A stretch of 64,000 nt of DNA from Chromatiales bacterium (GCA_024762475.1 JANTHJ010000001.1:24510-88509), one strand, 5' to 3'. Positions 48,340 to 59,045 are shown, counted from the first letter of the stretch. Made by a program: numbers and translations. The notes: generated from the letters alone by a model not told the origin.

Positions 48340-49713
48340 ATGCCTCACACCCTCTCGATACTGCGCGAGGTGCGTCTGCCCGTGATGCCCTACACGGCGC
48401 AGCGCGTGCGCGCCCTGGTCGACGACCTGCGCAGCACCAACGGCCAGATAGAGGAGGTCCTGCTGTGCGACCCGGCGGCGACCCTGGCGCTTTACCGGGC
48501 CGCCGAGCGCCTGCGCCGGGGGACGGTGGACGAGCTGACCGGGCCGGCGCACGCCCTTTCGCTAATCGGCCGCACGGCGTTCCGCCAGGCCTTCGAGCAG
48601 CTGCCGCTGATCACCGCCGAGCCCGTGCATTATCTGCTATCGCCGGCCTTTGCCTATAGTCAGGCTGCGCATGCCGGCTGGTACGCCGAGCAGATCGGGC
48701 GCTGCATGGGATTCCGACATCCTGTCGAGATGCGGGTCGCCGCCCTGCTGCAGCACCCGGCCGTGCTGGCCCTATGGGCTAGCGACTTCGAGGCTGCCGC
48801 CAGGGCGAGCAATGCCATGCGAGACGGTGTCGGCTTCAGCACGGCGTTCACCGCCGAGCTGCGCCACCCGCTCAGGGAGATCGACCGCCAGCTGGCGGTG
48901 GAGTGGGATCTCCCGCGTCTGGCGCGGGAGGTGGCCGGCGACTGGGACGCGGCCAACCGCCTGCCACAATCGGTCTCTCTGGCGACGCGACTGGCCCTGG
49001 TGGGGGCCGCCGGATGGCCGTCCGAGGAGACGCACCTGAATGTCACCATCCTGGCCGGCCTGTTGCCTCACCATCAGCTCGACGCCCAGACCTGGTGGCA
49101 CCGGCAGACCGCCGCCGCGGCCCGGATCCTGGCACCGTTCGGCTACCCGCTGCCGGCCCGCGAACTGCTATTGCTGCCTGGCGGCGAGGCCGAGGTCGAG
49201 GTGCCGAGCCTGCCACGGCGGCCTGCACGGGCAACGGCCAAAGCCGCGACCGCAGCGAGGCCAAACGCAAATCTGTCCCAGCGTCTGCGCCTGGCCCTGC
49301 AGGATCTGCAGAAGGCGACCGGCACCCGGCGCGTGTTGCTGGCGCTTCCCGATCGCGAGCGACACCAACTGCGCGCCCGGCTGACGGTTGGCTGCGCGCG
49401 GGAGAACCCGCTTTGCCAACTGGCCGTCCCGATACGGCAGAAGCATCTTTTTTCGTTGCTGTTGGCGGCCCGCCGCGCGCTGTGGGTGCGCCGCGATAAC
49501 CGGGACAAGTACGAACCCTATCTGGCCCCGCTGCCCCTGGACAGTGCGGCAGAACGCGGCTTCTTTGCGATGTCCCTGTTTTCCCGGGACCGCCCCCTGG
49601 GGATTCTCTACGCAGATGGAGGAAGACTCTCCGCAGACGGCTTCGGGCAGTTCCAGGAGCGCGGCCGATCGCTCGAGGAGCTGATCGCGGGCAGAGGACG
49701 CCACGCCGCCTGA
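48340..49713 (+). CDS. HDOD domain protein with GAF-like C-terminus
   Basis: LPVMP, CDPAATL, AALLQHPA, QLAVEWDLP pattern; C-terminal LGILYAD. Confidence 0.75.
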   Translation: MPHTLSILREVRLPVMPYTAQRVRALVDDLRSTNGQIEEVLLCDPAATLALYRAAERLRRGTVDELTGPAHALSLIGRTAFRQAFEQLPLITAEPVHYLLSPAFAYSQAAHAGWYAEQIGRCMGFRHPVEMRVAALLQHPAVLALWASDFEAAARASNAMRDGVGFSTAFTAELRHPLREIDRQLAVEWDLPRLAREVAGDWDAANRLPQSVSLATRLALVGAAGWPSEETHLNVTILAGLLPHHQLDAQTWWHRQTAAAARILAPFGYPLPARELLLLPGGEAEVEVPSLPRRPARATAKAATAARPNANLSQRLRLALQDLQKATGTRRVLLALPDRERHQLRARLTVGCARENPLCQLAVPIRQKHLFSLLLAARRALWVRRDNRDKYEPYLAPLPLDSAAERGFFAMSLFSRDRPLGILYADGGRLSADGFGQFQERGRSLEELIAGRGRHAA

Positions 49714-49808
49714 GCACATGTGGTAATTCTCTTGTCCGCGACCGGTTGAACCCCGGCAGCGGGCGTGCCAGCATTCGGCCCCGTTCCCCTACCCGGCTGC
49801 AACAGACC

Positions 49809-50468
49809 ATGAGCGAGAATACGGGACATCCGGTCCCCACTGAGATCAACCTGCACCGCAAGTCACGCCTGCTCAAGATCCAGTTTTCCGACGGGAAGAC
49901 GTTCGCCTACCCCTGCGAATATCTGCGCGTCCATTCACGTGCGGCCGAAGAGTTGGCCGCCGACACGCCGGTGACAGGTAAGGAGCAGGTGAATATCGAG
50001 CGAATCGAGCCCCAGGGCACCTATGCCATCCGCATCGTGTTCGACGACGGCCACGACACCAGCATTTACTCCTGGGAGACCCTCTACGATCTGGGTGTGA
50101 ACCAGGAGCGGTATTGGAACGACTATTTGGAACGCCTGACCGCCGCGGGCTACAGCCGGGAAGGCGATCGCCTGGGCGACCGGCCGGAGGATCAACGCGG
50201 GATCCGGGTACTCTACTTCAACTACCTGGCGAACAAGATGCGCCGCGAGAGCGAAGAACTGACGCCGCCGCCCACGGTCCAGGACGTCGAGTCATTGCTG
50301 GAGTGGCTGCAGAAGGTCAAGGGCGAGCGCGGCTACCTGCTGGCCCCAGAGCATGTGCGGGTCACCGTGAACAAACAGTTTGCCGAGCCGTTCACCCGCC
50401 TCGACCCTGGCGACGAGGTGGCCATCGTCCCCAATTCACCCACGCCACCCGCCCCTCCCAAGGGTTAA
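49809..50468 (+). CDS. DUF971 (GBBH-like N-terminal) domain fused to a MoaD/ThiS-like ubiquitin fold
   Basis: EYLRVHS, YAIRIVFDDGHDTSIYSW; C-domain IRVLYF...VNKQF...LDPGDEVAIVP. Confidence 0.85.
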   Translation: MSENTGHPVPTEINLHRKSRLLKIQFSDGKTFAYPCEYLRVHSRAAEELAADTPVTGKEQVNIERIEPQGTYAIRIVFDDGHDTSIYSWETLYDLGVNQERYWNDYLERLTAAGYSREGDRLGDRPEDQRGIRVLYFNYLANKMRRESEELTPPPTVQDVESLLEWLQKVKGERGYLLAPEHVRVTVNKQFAEPFTRLDPGDEVAIVPNSPTPPAPPKG

Positions 50469-50923
50469 CCCCTCGGACTCGAGCAGGCGCCGCAATAGGC
50501 CTCGATGGCCTCGCGATTGGTCCAGGAGAAGACCTGTCGGGCGGCCCGGGCAGCGGGCAGCCATAACCAATGCCGGTGTTCCTCACGGCTCAGCCGCGGC
50601 ATGCGCCGGCCGGGCACACAGGCCAGGAACCAGTGCTCCAGGTTGAAGCGGACGCCCGGGGCATAGCGGGCCGTCCAGGGCGGGATGATCGGGAAACGAC
50701 GCTTCTGCCGCAGATCGAACATCGGGACCGAATGGTCGAATCCTGTCTCCTCCCAGAGTTCACGTCGCGCCGCCATTTGCGCCGTCTCGCCCGCGCGCAG
50801 CGAACCGGTCACCGATTGCCAGAATCCAGCCGGCTGGCGGCGCTCGAGCAACAAGGCTTCGCCATGATCGTTGCAGATCAGCACCAGCACCGATTGCGGA
50901 CGTTTCCAGCGCGTTCGACTCAT
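50465..50923 (-). CDS. nudB: Dihydroneopterin triphosphate diphosphatase
   Basis: KRPQSVLV, WQSVTGS, ARRELWEETG Nudix box, FSWTN; lies between aspS and yebC. Confidence 0.9.
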   Translation of the reverse strand: MSRTRWKRPQSVLVLICNDHGEALLLERRQPAGFWQSVTGSLRAGETAQMAARRELWEETGFDHSVPMFDLRQKRRFPIIPPWTARYAPGVRFNLEHWFLACVPGRRMPRLSREEHRHWLWLPAARAARQVFSWTNREAIEAYCGACSSPRG

Positions 50924-51157
50924 CCCCTCCGCCTCGTCTTGCGACCGAGACTTAGCTTCCCGGAAAGCCGACGCCATCTAAAGAAGCTCTGTTCACAGCC
51001 GCCAACCTATTGAACTTCAACGGCTCGACAGCGGCATGCCAGCAATATCGCCCAATGCGGACAATCCCACAACCCCGGTTCCCATCGCAGGGACATCCGG
51101 GCACCACCTCACGCCGGGGTTTTCGGTGAAGGGGTCGCTGCTGGAGCCTGGAAGCTG

Positions 51158-53299
51158 ATGGCGCCGGATGGTGGAGACAGGGGAGCAAAGACCGGCAAGC
51201 GCAAGGGCGACAAGCTGGTCTTCTCGCAATTGCATCGAGAGGCGCAGGCCACGGCGGTGCTCGAGAACATCGGCGATGCCATCATCACCCTGGACGAGAA
51301 GTGCCGGGCGATCGACCTCAATCGTGCCGCCCACTCCCTGTTCGGCCACCAGGACGGGGAAATTCTGGGCCAGGATGTTCGCCGGCTGCTACCCGATCTG
51401 CCCCCGCCTGAACAGATACCCGAGTCGCCAGGCAGGGATCTGCCCACCCCCCTGGAACTCACCGCCTGCCATCGTTCGGGCAGACACTTTCCAGTAGCGG
51501 TCTCGCTCTCCCGGGTCCACAGCGATATCGGCAGCTTTGGCGTCTTGATCGCACGCGACCTCAGTGCACAGAAGGAGGCCGCGGAGTCGCTGCATCGCGA
51601 GAAGGAGTTCGCCCAGATCACCCTCCAATCGATTCGGGAGGCCGTCATCACCACCGACGCCCGCGGTCGGGTCAACTCGGTCAACCGCGCGGCCTGCCGC
51701 CTGTTGCGTCGCGATTCGGACGAGTTGGTGGAGCGGCCCCTGACCGACCTCCTGCGCTTCACGGAACTGCAACACCGGCGCGCGGCGCGCGAGGGCCTGA
51801 AGGCCGTTCTGGCACAAGGGGAGTCAGCCCAGCTGGAGGGACAGCCGGAGATCCGCTTCGGCAATGGTGATCTGATCTACGTGAAGGGCCGGCTGGCACC
51901 CCTGAGGGCCGCCGACCGACGCATCATCGGCTGCGTCACCGTGATGCAGGATGTCACCAGCGAGACCCGCATGCGCGAGATCCTCTCCTGGCAAGCCACT
52001 CATGACGACCTGACATCGCTCATCAACCGGCGTGAATTCGAACGGCGCCTGCAGGCCCTGATCGAACAGCGGCCCGGAGACACCCGCCATGTGCTGCTGT
52101 ATCTCGACCTCGACCAGTTCAAGCTGATCAACGACAACTGCGGACACGACGCCGGTGACCAGATGTTGCGCCAGCTTACCAGCAGGCTCGGCACCCGATT
52201 GCGCAACAGCGACACCCTGGCGCGACTCGGCGGTGACGAGTTCGCGGCCCTGCTCCCTCATTGCAGCGTGGAGGATGGCCGGCGTATCGCCGATGATCTG
52301 CGCGAAATCGTGCGCGGTTTCCGCTTCGACTGGAAAGGCCGAACCTTCGGCGTTGGGGTCTCCATTGGTCTGGTCTCTCTCGACGAGCATGTCCTCAGTG
52401 TGGCCGATGCCCTCACCGCCGCCGATTCGGCCTGCTACATCGCCAAGGAGAATGGTCGTGACCAGGTGGTCGTTTACCACCCATCGGGCGACGAAGAGCA
52501 GCGGCGACGCGAGGAGATGTCACAGACGACACTGATCCGGGAATGTCTCGAAGCCGATCGCTTCTGCCTGTGGGCCCAGCCCATCATGCCCATCCAGGGT
52601 CAGGACGGCGACTGGGGCATAGAGATCCTGGTGCGGATGCTGGACGAGGGTGGTGGCGTGATCCCGCCCGGCTGCTTCATTCCCGGGGCTGAGCGTTATA
52701 ACCTGATGGGGCAGATCGATCGCTGGGTGCTGCACACCCTGTGCACCCAATGGCGCGACGATCCCGTTCTCTTCGAACATCTCGACAAGGTGGCGATCAA
52801 TCTATCGGGCCAGTCCATTGCCAATGACGAATTCCTGGAATTCGTGGTCAGCACCGTCGACCGCTTCCGCCTGCCCTGGGAACGGCTGTGTTTCGAGATC
52901 ACCGAAACCGCGGCGGTCTCCAGCATCGAGAAGGCGCGCCATTTCATCCAGACCCTCCGACAGCGCGAGGCGCGTTTCGCCCTGGACGACTTCGGCAGCG
53001 GCCTCTCCTCCTTCGCCTATCTGAAGCAGCTGCCGGTGGACTTCCTGAAGATCGACGGCGCCTTCGTGAAGGACATGGAACAGGACCCCATCGATGCAGC
53101 CATGGTCCGTTCCATCAGCGATATCGGGCGCGCCATGCAACTGCAGACCATCGCCGAATTCGTGGAGAGCGAACGCGTCATCGACATGCTGCAGGAGGCC
53201 GGCGTGGACTACGCCCAAGGATATGGAATCTGCCGCCCCATGCCGATCGGGGAGCTGGCGGATTTCCAGCCGATCCAGGCGCAGGCCAGCGCCGGCTGA
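51158..53299 (+). CDS. PAS-PAS-GGDEF-EAL c-di-GMP enzyme
   Basis: Two PAS domains; ATHDDLT; RNSD I-site; RLGGDEF; EIL; DDFGSG; LKIDG. Confidence 0.95.
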   Translation: MAPDGGDRGAKTGKRKGDKLVFSQLHREAQATAVLENIGDAIITLDEKCRAIDLNRAAHSLFGHQDGEILGQDVRRLLPDLPPPEQIPESPGRDLPTPLELTACHRSGRHFPVAVSLSRVHSDIGSFGVLIARDLSAQKEAAESLHREKEFAQITLQSIREAVITTDARGRVNSVNRAACRLLRRDSDELVERPLTDLLRFTELQHRRAAREGLKAVLAQGESAQLEGQPEIRFGNGDLIYVKGRLAPLRAADRRIIGCVTVMQDVTSETRMREILSWQATHDDLTSLINRREFERRLQALIEQRPGDTRHVLLYLDLDQFKLINDNCGHDAGDQMLRQLTSRLGTRLRNSDTLARLGGDEFAALLPHCSVEDGRRIADDLREIVRGFRFDWKGRTFGVGVSIGLVSLDEHVLSVADALTAADSACYIAKENGRDQVVVYHPSGDEEQRRREEMSQTTLIRECLEADRFCLWAQPIMPIQGQDGDWGIEILVRMLDEGGGVIPPGCFIPGAERYNLMGQIDRWVLHTLCTQWRDDPVLFEHLDKVAINLSGQSIANDEFLEFVVSTVDRFRLPWERLCFEITETAAVSSIEKARHFIQTLRQREARFALDDFGSGLSSFAYLKQLPVDFLKIDGAFVKDMEQDPIDAAMVRSISDIGRAMQLQTIAEFVESERVIDMLQEAGVDYAQGYGICRPMPIGELADFQPIQAQASAG

Positions 53300-53304
53300 A
53301 TGTC

Positions 53305-55086
53305 CTATTCCGTCGGCTTTTCGGGCCGCCGCACGCGGATGTGCAGCTCGCGCAACTGCTCGGGCGAGACCTCCGAAGGGGCATGCGTGAGCAGGCAGTT
53401 GGCGTTCTGGGTCTTGGGGAACGCCATCACCTCGCGGATCGAGTGGGCGCCCGCCATCAGCATCACCAGGCGATCCAGGCCGAAGGCCAAGCCGCCGTGG
53501 GGCGGGCAGCCGTATTTGAGGGCGTCGAGCAGGAAGCCGAACTTGTCCCGCGCCTCCTGCTCGCCGATACCGAGCAGGGCGAAGACCTTTTCCTGCACCG
53601 CCTCCTCGTGGATACGGATCGACCCGCCACCGACCTCGGTGCCGTTGATTACCATGTCGTAGGCGCGCGACAGGCAGGCACCCGGGTCGCTCTCGAGCCG
53701 GTCCACGTGCTCGGCCTTGGGCGCGGTAAAGGGATGATGCAGGGCGTGCCAGCGGCCGCTCTCCTCGTCCCACTCGAACATCGGGAAATCGACCACCCAC
53801 AGCGGCCGCCAGGCCTCTTCCATCAGCCCCAGATCCTCGGCCAGCTTGACACGCAGCGCCCCCAGGGCCTCGTTCACCACATGCGCCCTGTCGGCGCCGA
53901 AGAAGATGATATCGCCGTCCTCGGCACCGGTACGGGCCATGATCTCCATCACCGCCTCGTCCGGAATGAACTTGAGGATCGGTGACTGCAGGCCGTTCGC
54001 CCCATTCGCCAGCTCGTTGACCTTGATGTAGGCCAACCCCCTGGCCCCATAGATCCCGACGAACTTGGTGTACTCGTCGATCTCCTTGCGACTGAGCCTG
54101 CCGCCACCGGGGAGACGCAATGCCGCGACCCGGCCCTTGGGGTCCTTTGCCGGCCCGGCGAACACCTTGAACTCGATGTCCTGGAGCAGGTCGGCCACGT
54201 CCACCAGCTCCAGGCTGCAGCGCAGATCGGGGCGATCCGAGCCGAAGCGCTGCATCGCCTCGGCATAGCTCATGCGCGGGAAGGGATCGACCAGCTCGAT
54301 GCCGAGCGTCTCGCGGAAGGTGACCCGGATCATCTCCTCCATCAGCCCCGTGATCTGGTCCTCGTCGATGAACGACATCTCCAGGTCCAGCTGGGTGAAT
54401 TCCGGCTGACGGTCGGCGCGCAGGTCCTCGTCGCGGAAGCAGCGCACGATCTGGTAGTAGCGGTCCATGCCCGACATCATCAGCAACTGCTTGAACAGCT
54501 GCGGCGACTGTGGCAGCGCAAAGAACTTGCCCGCATGGACGCGGCTGGGCACGAGGTAATCGCGCGCGCCCTCCGGCGTTGCCTTGGTCAGCATGGGGGT
54601 CTCGATGTCGAGGAATCCCTGGGCATCCAGGTAATTGCGCAGCGCGCGGGTGACACTGGCCCGCAGCATGATGCGCTCCTGCATCACCGGGCGGCGCAGG
54701 TCGATATAGCGGTAGCGCAGGCGCAGCTCCTCGGAGGTGTCGTGGTCGTCCAGCTGGAAGGGCGGGGTCTCGGCCCGGTTGAGGATCTCCAGCTGCTTGC
54801 CCAATACCTCGATCTCACCGGTAGGCAGTTCCGGATTGACTGTTCCCTCGGGGCGCGCCCGCACCCGCCCCTTTACCCGCAACACGAACTCGTTGCGCAC
54901 ATGCTCGGCGGTGGCGAACACATCCTCTACGTCCGGGTCGTAGACAACCTGCACCAGTCCGCTGCGGTCGCGCAGGTCGATGAAGATGACGCCGCCGTGA
55001 TCACGGCGACGGTTGACCCAGCCGCACAGCTCCACGGTCTGATCGATGAAATCGGCATTGACTTCGCCACAGTAACGGGTGCGCAT
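53305..55086 (-). CDS. aspS: Aspartate-tRNA ligase
   Basis: [38 protein letters not shown]. Confidence 0.99.
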   Translation of the reverse strand: MRTRYCGEVNADFIDQTVELCGWVNRRRDHGGVIFIDLRDRSGLVQVVYDPDVEDVFATAEHVRNEFVLRVKGRVRARPEGTVNPELPTGEIEVLGKQLEILNRAETPPFQLDDHDTSEELRLRYRYIDLRRPVMQERIMLRASVTRALRNYLDAQGFLDIETPMLTKATPEGARDYLVPSRVHAGKFFALPQSPQLFKQLLMMSGMDRYYQIVRCFRDEDLRADRQPEFTQLDLEMSFIDEDQITGLMEEMIRVTFRETLGIELVDPFPRMSYAEAMQRFGSDRPDLRCSLELVDVADLLQDIEFKVFAGPAKDPKGRVAALRLPGGGRLSRKEIDEYTKFVGIYGARGLAYIKVNELANGANGLQSPILKFIPDEAVMEIMARTGAEDGDIIFFGADRAHVVNEALGALRVKLAEDLGLMEEAWRPLWVVDFPMFEWDEESGRWHALHHPFTAPKAEHVDRLESDPGACLSRAYDMVINGTEVGGGSIRIHEEAVQEKVFALLGIGEQEARDKFGFLLDALKYGCPPHGGLAFGLDRLVMLMAGAHSIREVMAFPKTQNANCLLTHAPSEVSPEQLRELHIRVRRPEKPTE

Positions 55087-55160
55087 GAAATTTTCCTTGT
55101 GAAAACAAGACGCTCCGCCAGGCGGAGCGTCCTACCTATCAATCTTGTTGGTCGTCGGGA

Positions 55161-55418
55161 CTATTCGCAGGCCGGACAGCTGCCACCACCGCAGGCCTGC
55201 CCGCCGTCAGCAGACGGCTCCGCAGGCTTCTTGCCCTTGTTCTTGAAGTCGGTGGCATACCAGCCCCCGCCCTTGAGCTGGAAGGCGGCTGCCGAGACCA
55301 GCTTCACCAGGGTCGGCTGGCCGCATTCGGGGCAATCCCTCAGCGGGGCATCGCTGACCTTCTGCATGGACTCCAGTTCGTGGCCACAGCTCTCACAACG
55401 ATATTCATAGAACGGCAT
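55161..55418 (-). CDS. FmdB family zinc-ribbon protein
   Basis: MPFYEYRCESC...CPEC...FQLKGGGWYATDF. Confidence 0.93.
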   Translation of the reverse strand: MPFYEYRCESCGHELESMQKVSDAPLRDCPECGQPTLVKLVSAAAFQLKGGGWYATDFKNKGKKPAEPSADGGQACGGGSCPACE

Positions 55419-55515
55419 CGTCGAATCTCCGTGTATTCGTTCATTCGTTCGCCAGAAAACCGGAGAATTTTACCACATGCTGATGGAAGGGATGAATCCG
55501 CCGGCCGTCGGCGAA

Positions 55516-55791
55516 TCAGAGAAACATCGAGGTATCGCCCTCGAGTGGCCTGTCGCTTTCTTCTTCGTCTCGGAGGCGCTGAACCAACTTGCGCAGCTGT
55601 GTGAGCTCGGGCTCGGCCATGCCGAAGCGCAGATAACGGTCGGTACGGCGCAAGACCTCCTCCAGGCGCTGGTTGCGCTGGTGGAGATACAACAGGGCAT
55701 GCGCCAAGTGATGCGGGTCCACATCCCGCTCGCGCATGCGCTCCGCGGCGGACAGGGCCTGCTCGAGTTCAGATTCGTCAGGTGGCTTCAT
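55516..55791 (+). CDS. Small helical hypothetical protein
   Basis: 91 aa; GGAAGGG upstream; good codon usage. Confidence 0.75.
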
Positions 55792-56429
55792 TCGTCCGCC
55801 TCGCCGGGACCTGCGCTCGGAGATCGGCGCCGCAGTTCATTACTCTGGCAGCGCAATACATGACGGATAATCAGATCCCGATCCTGCTCCCGCATATGGG
55901 TAAAGGAGATTCGCATCCGATAACTATAGCCCGAATCGCGGTCGGGCTCGGTGACCGGCTCACAGTCGATGACATCACCAAACATGAGCACCCCGGTGAA
56001 GGAAGGAAACAGGAGCATCCGTATCTCCAGCACCTGCCCGGGTTCATAACGCTCATCCACCAACACGCCCATGCCGCCGGCGCTCAGGTTCACCGGATGC
56101 GCAGGCTGCTCCACCAGGTCATTGTCGCCTGCAGTCAGGGCCCGCCCCAGGACCTCGATCTTGCGGTCCAGCGCCTTGAGATAGGCCGCCACGTCCGGGT
56201 CACTGTTCTCAATACGCCGCATATTGACCACCATCTCACCGCTGATCGCCGCAAGGCTGGACATCACGGTGAAGCTGTTGGCCAGATTCTGTTCGAGGCG
56301 CTCGTCGAGCCGGCCGAGCTCCTCCGGAGGGACCGGCCTCAGGCCGAGGCGGATGGCATCGTCGACGCGAAAATAGGCGCGTCGCTCGGACGCCTGGGCC
56401 GATTTGTCCTGCTCGCTCATGTCACTCAC
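55788..56429 (-). CDS. PilZ domain protein (c-di-GMP receptor)
   Basis: ERRAYFR (RxxxR) and NLSAGG (D/NxSxxG); GTGA overlap with motB. Confidence 0.9.
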   Translation of the reverse strand: MSDMSEQDKSAQASERRAYFRVDDAIRLGLRPVPPEELGRLDERLEQNLANSFTVMSSLAAISGEMVVNMRRIENSDPDVAAYLKALDRKIEVLGRALTAGDNDLVEQPAHPVNLSAGGMGVLVDERYEPGQVLEIRMLLFPSFTGVLMFGDVIDCEPVTEPDRDSGYSYRMRISFTHMREQDRDLIIRHVLRCQSNELRRRSPSAGPGEADE

Positions 56430-57310
56430 TCCCCTGCCTCTCCGGTGGGCACTGTAATCCGTTCACCGCCATCCTTGTCGGTGCCGCGCATGATGATCAG
56501 CTCCACCCGTCGATTCTTGGCCCGCCCCTGGGGCGTGGCATTGCTCTCGATCGGCCGGGTGTCGGCAAAACCCTGCACTACCACACGTCTCTGGTCCAGC
56601 TTCGGGTTGCGCAGCAGGGCGTGCAGCACGGTCACCGCGCGCGCCGACGAAAGCTCCCAGTTGGAACGGAAACGACCGGTGCGTATCGGGATATTGTCGG
56701 TGTGGCCCGCCACCAGGATGCGGCCGGGACGGGTGGCCAGGACCTCGGAGATGCGGTCCAGCACCTTGTAGAAGCCGGGATCGAGACGCGCACTGCCGGA
56801 GCCGAAGGAGCCCTTTTCCTGGATGCGGATGATGATCTTCTTGTCTTCCTTCTCCAGACTGATCAATCCCTTGTCGATCTGCTCCTTGAGCGCCTCCTGG
56901 AGTTGCGCATACTGCTCCTGCAGTTCCTTTTCGATGACCTGTTCGGCCAGTTGCAACGCCTGCTGCCTGCTGATCTCTGCGTCACTCTCGCCATCCTTGA
57001 GCTTCAGATTCTCCTTCTCGACATCGCTGGTCTCCTGGCGGATCTCGGTGACCACCGACGGATCGGAAATGGACGGACTCCATTCCTGCTTGATTACACT
57101 CACTCCCTTGACGATCTCGGCGGCCGGTATCTCGCGCTGCACGCCGAAGGCGTCCTTCATCGACTCGGCCATCTTCTTGAAACGCACCGCATCGATCTGG
57201 GCGAACGAGAGCAGCAGCACGAAGAAGCACATCAACAGCGACATCAGGTCGGCGAAGGTGCCGAGATAGGCGGGAAGCCCCTCTTCACAGGGCGGACACT
57301 TGTCGGCCAT
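56426..57310 (-). CDS. motB: Flagellar stator B subunit (PomB/MotB type)
   Basis: GTFADLMSLLMCFFVLL; GHTDN; SNWELSSARA; NRRVE. Confidence 0.93.
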   Translation of the reverse strand: MADKCPPCEEGLPAYLGTFADLMSLLMCFFVLLLSFAQIDAVRFKKMAESMKDAFGVQREIPAAEIVKGVSVIKQEWSPSISDPSVVTEIRQETSDVEKENLKLKDGESDAEISRQQALQLAEQVIEKELQEQYAQLQEALKEQIDKGLISLEKEDKKIIIRIQEKGSFGSGSARLDPGFYKVLDRISEVLATRPGRILVAGHTDNIPIRTGRFRSNWELSSARAVTVLHALLRNPKLDQRRVVVQGFADTRPIESNATPQGRAKNRRVELIIMRGTDKDGGERITVPTGEAGE

Positions 57311-57311
57311 C

Positions 57312-58067
57312 TCAGGCCTCCTCGGGCCGCTTCTTCTGCGGCAGGTAGGTCGAGAGCAGCTGCTCCAGCACCTTCGGATTCATGCCTTCCTGGATCCCTG
57401 CAATGGTCTCCATTATCAGAGACTTGTTGGTACGCTCAATCGTGGTGGAGCGTGCCAGCTTGTCGGCGATCGGCTGGGCAAAGGCATTGGCGATGATGGC
57501 GCCGTACAGCGTGGTCAACAGGGCCACTGCCATGGCTGGGCCAATGGCCGCGGGATCGGACATATTGGCCAGCATCTGGACCAGACCGACCAGGGTGCCG
57601 ATCATCCCCATGGCCGGCGCCATGGTCGCCATGTTCTTGAACATGTTGATGCCCACATCATGCCGTTCCAGCATCAGGTCGATTTCCTTGCCCAGCATGC
57701 GCTGCACCAGGGCCGGGTCGTGACCGTCGACGCACAGTCCGATGCCCCGCTTCATGAAATCGTTGCTGATCTCCTGTCCCTCGAGCGCCAGCAGGCCGTT
57801 CTTGCGCGCGATGTCGGCGAGGGCGACACCCTCTTCGATCAGCTTCTTGGGGTCATCTACCTTGTAGAAGAAGGCCTTCAGTCCGATCGCGAACGACCCC
57901 AGAAAATCACCCAGGGAGACCTGCATCAGGGTCACCATGAAGGTGCCGCCGACGACGATCAGCACCGATGCCACGTCGACGAACATCATCACGTCACCGC
58001 CGCTGGCGATGGCGCCGATGATGATGCCGAACCCGCCCAGCAGCCCGACCAGTGTTGCGATATCCAC
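57312..58067 (-). CDS. motA: Flagellar stator A subunit (PomA/MotA type)
   Basis: MDIATLVG; APAMGMIGTLVGLV; IGPAMAVALLTTLYG. Confidence 0.93.
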   Translation of the reverse strand: MDIATLVGLLGGFGIIIGAIASGGDVMMFVDVASVLIVVGGTFMVTLMQVSLGDFLGSFAIGLKAFFYKVDDPKKLIEEGVALADIARKNGLLALEGQEISNDFMKRGIGLCVDGHDPALVQRMLGKEIDLMLERHDVGINMFKNMATMAPAMGMIGTLVGLVQMLANMSDPAAIGPAMAVALLTTLYGAIIANAFAQPIADKLARSTTIERTNKSLIMETIAGIQEGMNPKVLEQLLSTYLPQKKRPEEA

Positions 58068-58185
58068 GCGCTACCTCCTTCCTGTCCTCACACGTATCAT
58101 GCCCGGGGGCACGCTCGCTCTGTGGGAGATAGCGGGCAGACTCGAAAAAACTTTAGTTCCAGGCGAACACCCGGGGGAAACCAAC

Positions 58186-59037
58186 TTGAATCGTCATGAT
58201 CATCCCGTTCTGATCACCGGCTGCTCCAGCGGCATTGGGCTGGCCGCGGCCGAATTGCTGGCCGAGCGCGGTTTCCCGGTGGTCGCCAGCGCGCGCCAGG
58301 CGCAGGACGTGGAGCGGCTCGCTGCCAGCGGCCTGAGCGCCATCCAGCTCGATCTGGACGATCCTGCAAGTGTGCGAGATGGCTTTGCACAGGCCATGGA
58401 GCTGACCCATGGACGGCTGTACGGCCTTTTCAACAACGGTGCCTGGGGCCTGCCCGGCGCCGTCGAAGACCTGTCGCGCGAGGCCCTGCTGGCCCAGTTA
58501 CAGACCAATCTGTTGGGCTGGCACCAGCTCACATGCCTCGCCATTCCGGTAATGCGGGCGCAGGGCAAGGGGCGCATCGTACAGAACAGCTCCGTCCTGG
58601 GCCTGGTCGCGATGCCCTTTCGCGGCGCCTACAACTGCTCGAAGTTCGCCCTGGAGGGCCTTAGCGATACCCTGCGGCTGGAGCTGCACGGCTCGGGCAT
58701 CCATGTCAGCCTGATCGAACCGGGCCCCATCCGCAGCCGCTTCCGGGAAAACGCGCATGCGCGTTATCTGCAATACATCGATCGGGAAAACAGCGTCCAC
58801 CGAGAGGCCTATCACGCGATGGAGCGCCGCCTGAAAAGGGAGGGAGACGCCGCCCCGTTCACCCTTCCCCCGGAGGCGGTGGTGAAAAAGCTGATCCACG
58901 CACTGGAAAGCCCCCGCCCGAGGCCACGCTATGCAGTGACGGTGCCCACGCACCTGTTTGCCGTGCTCAGGCGACTACTGCCCACCGCGGCACTGGATGC
59001 GATCCTGCGCCGTGCGTCGGGCGGTGGCGCCCGATAG
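58186..59037 (+). CDS. Short-chain dehydrogenase (YbbO-like)
   Basis: TGCSSGIG, NNGAWG, YNCSK (YxxxK), IEPGPI; TTG start assumed. Confidence 0.9.
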   Translation: MNRHDHPVLITGCSSGIGLAAAELLAERGFPVVASARQAQDVERLAASGLSAIQLDLDDPASVRDGFAQAMELTHGRLYGLFNNGAWGLPGAVEDLSREALLAQLQTNLLGWHQLTCLAIPVMRAQGKGRIVQNSSVLGLVAMPFRGAYNCSKFALEGLSDTLRLELHGSGIHVSLIEPGPIRSRFRENAHARYLQYIDRENSVHREAYHAMERRLKREGDAAPFTLPPEAVVKKLIHALESPRPRPRYAVTVPTHLFAVLRRLLPTAALDAILRRASGGGAR

Positions 59038-59045
59038 GAGGCAGC

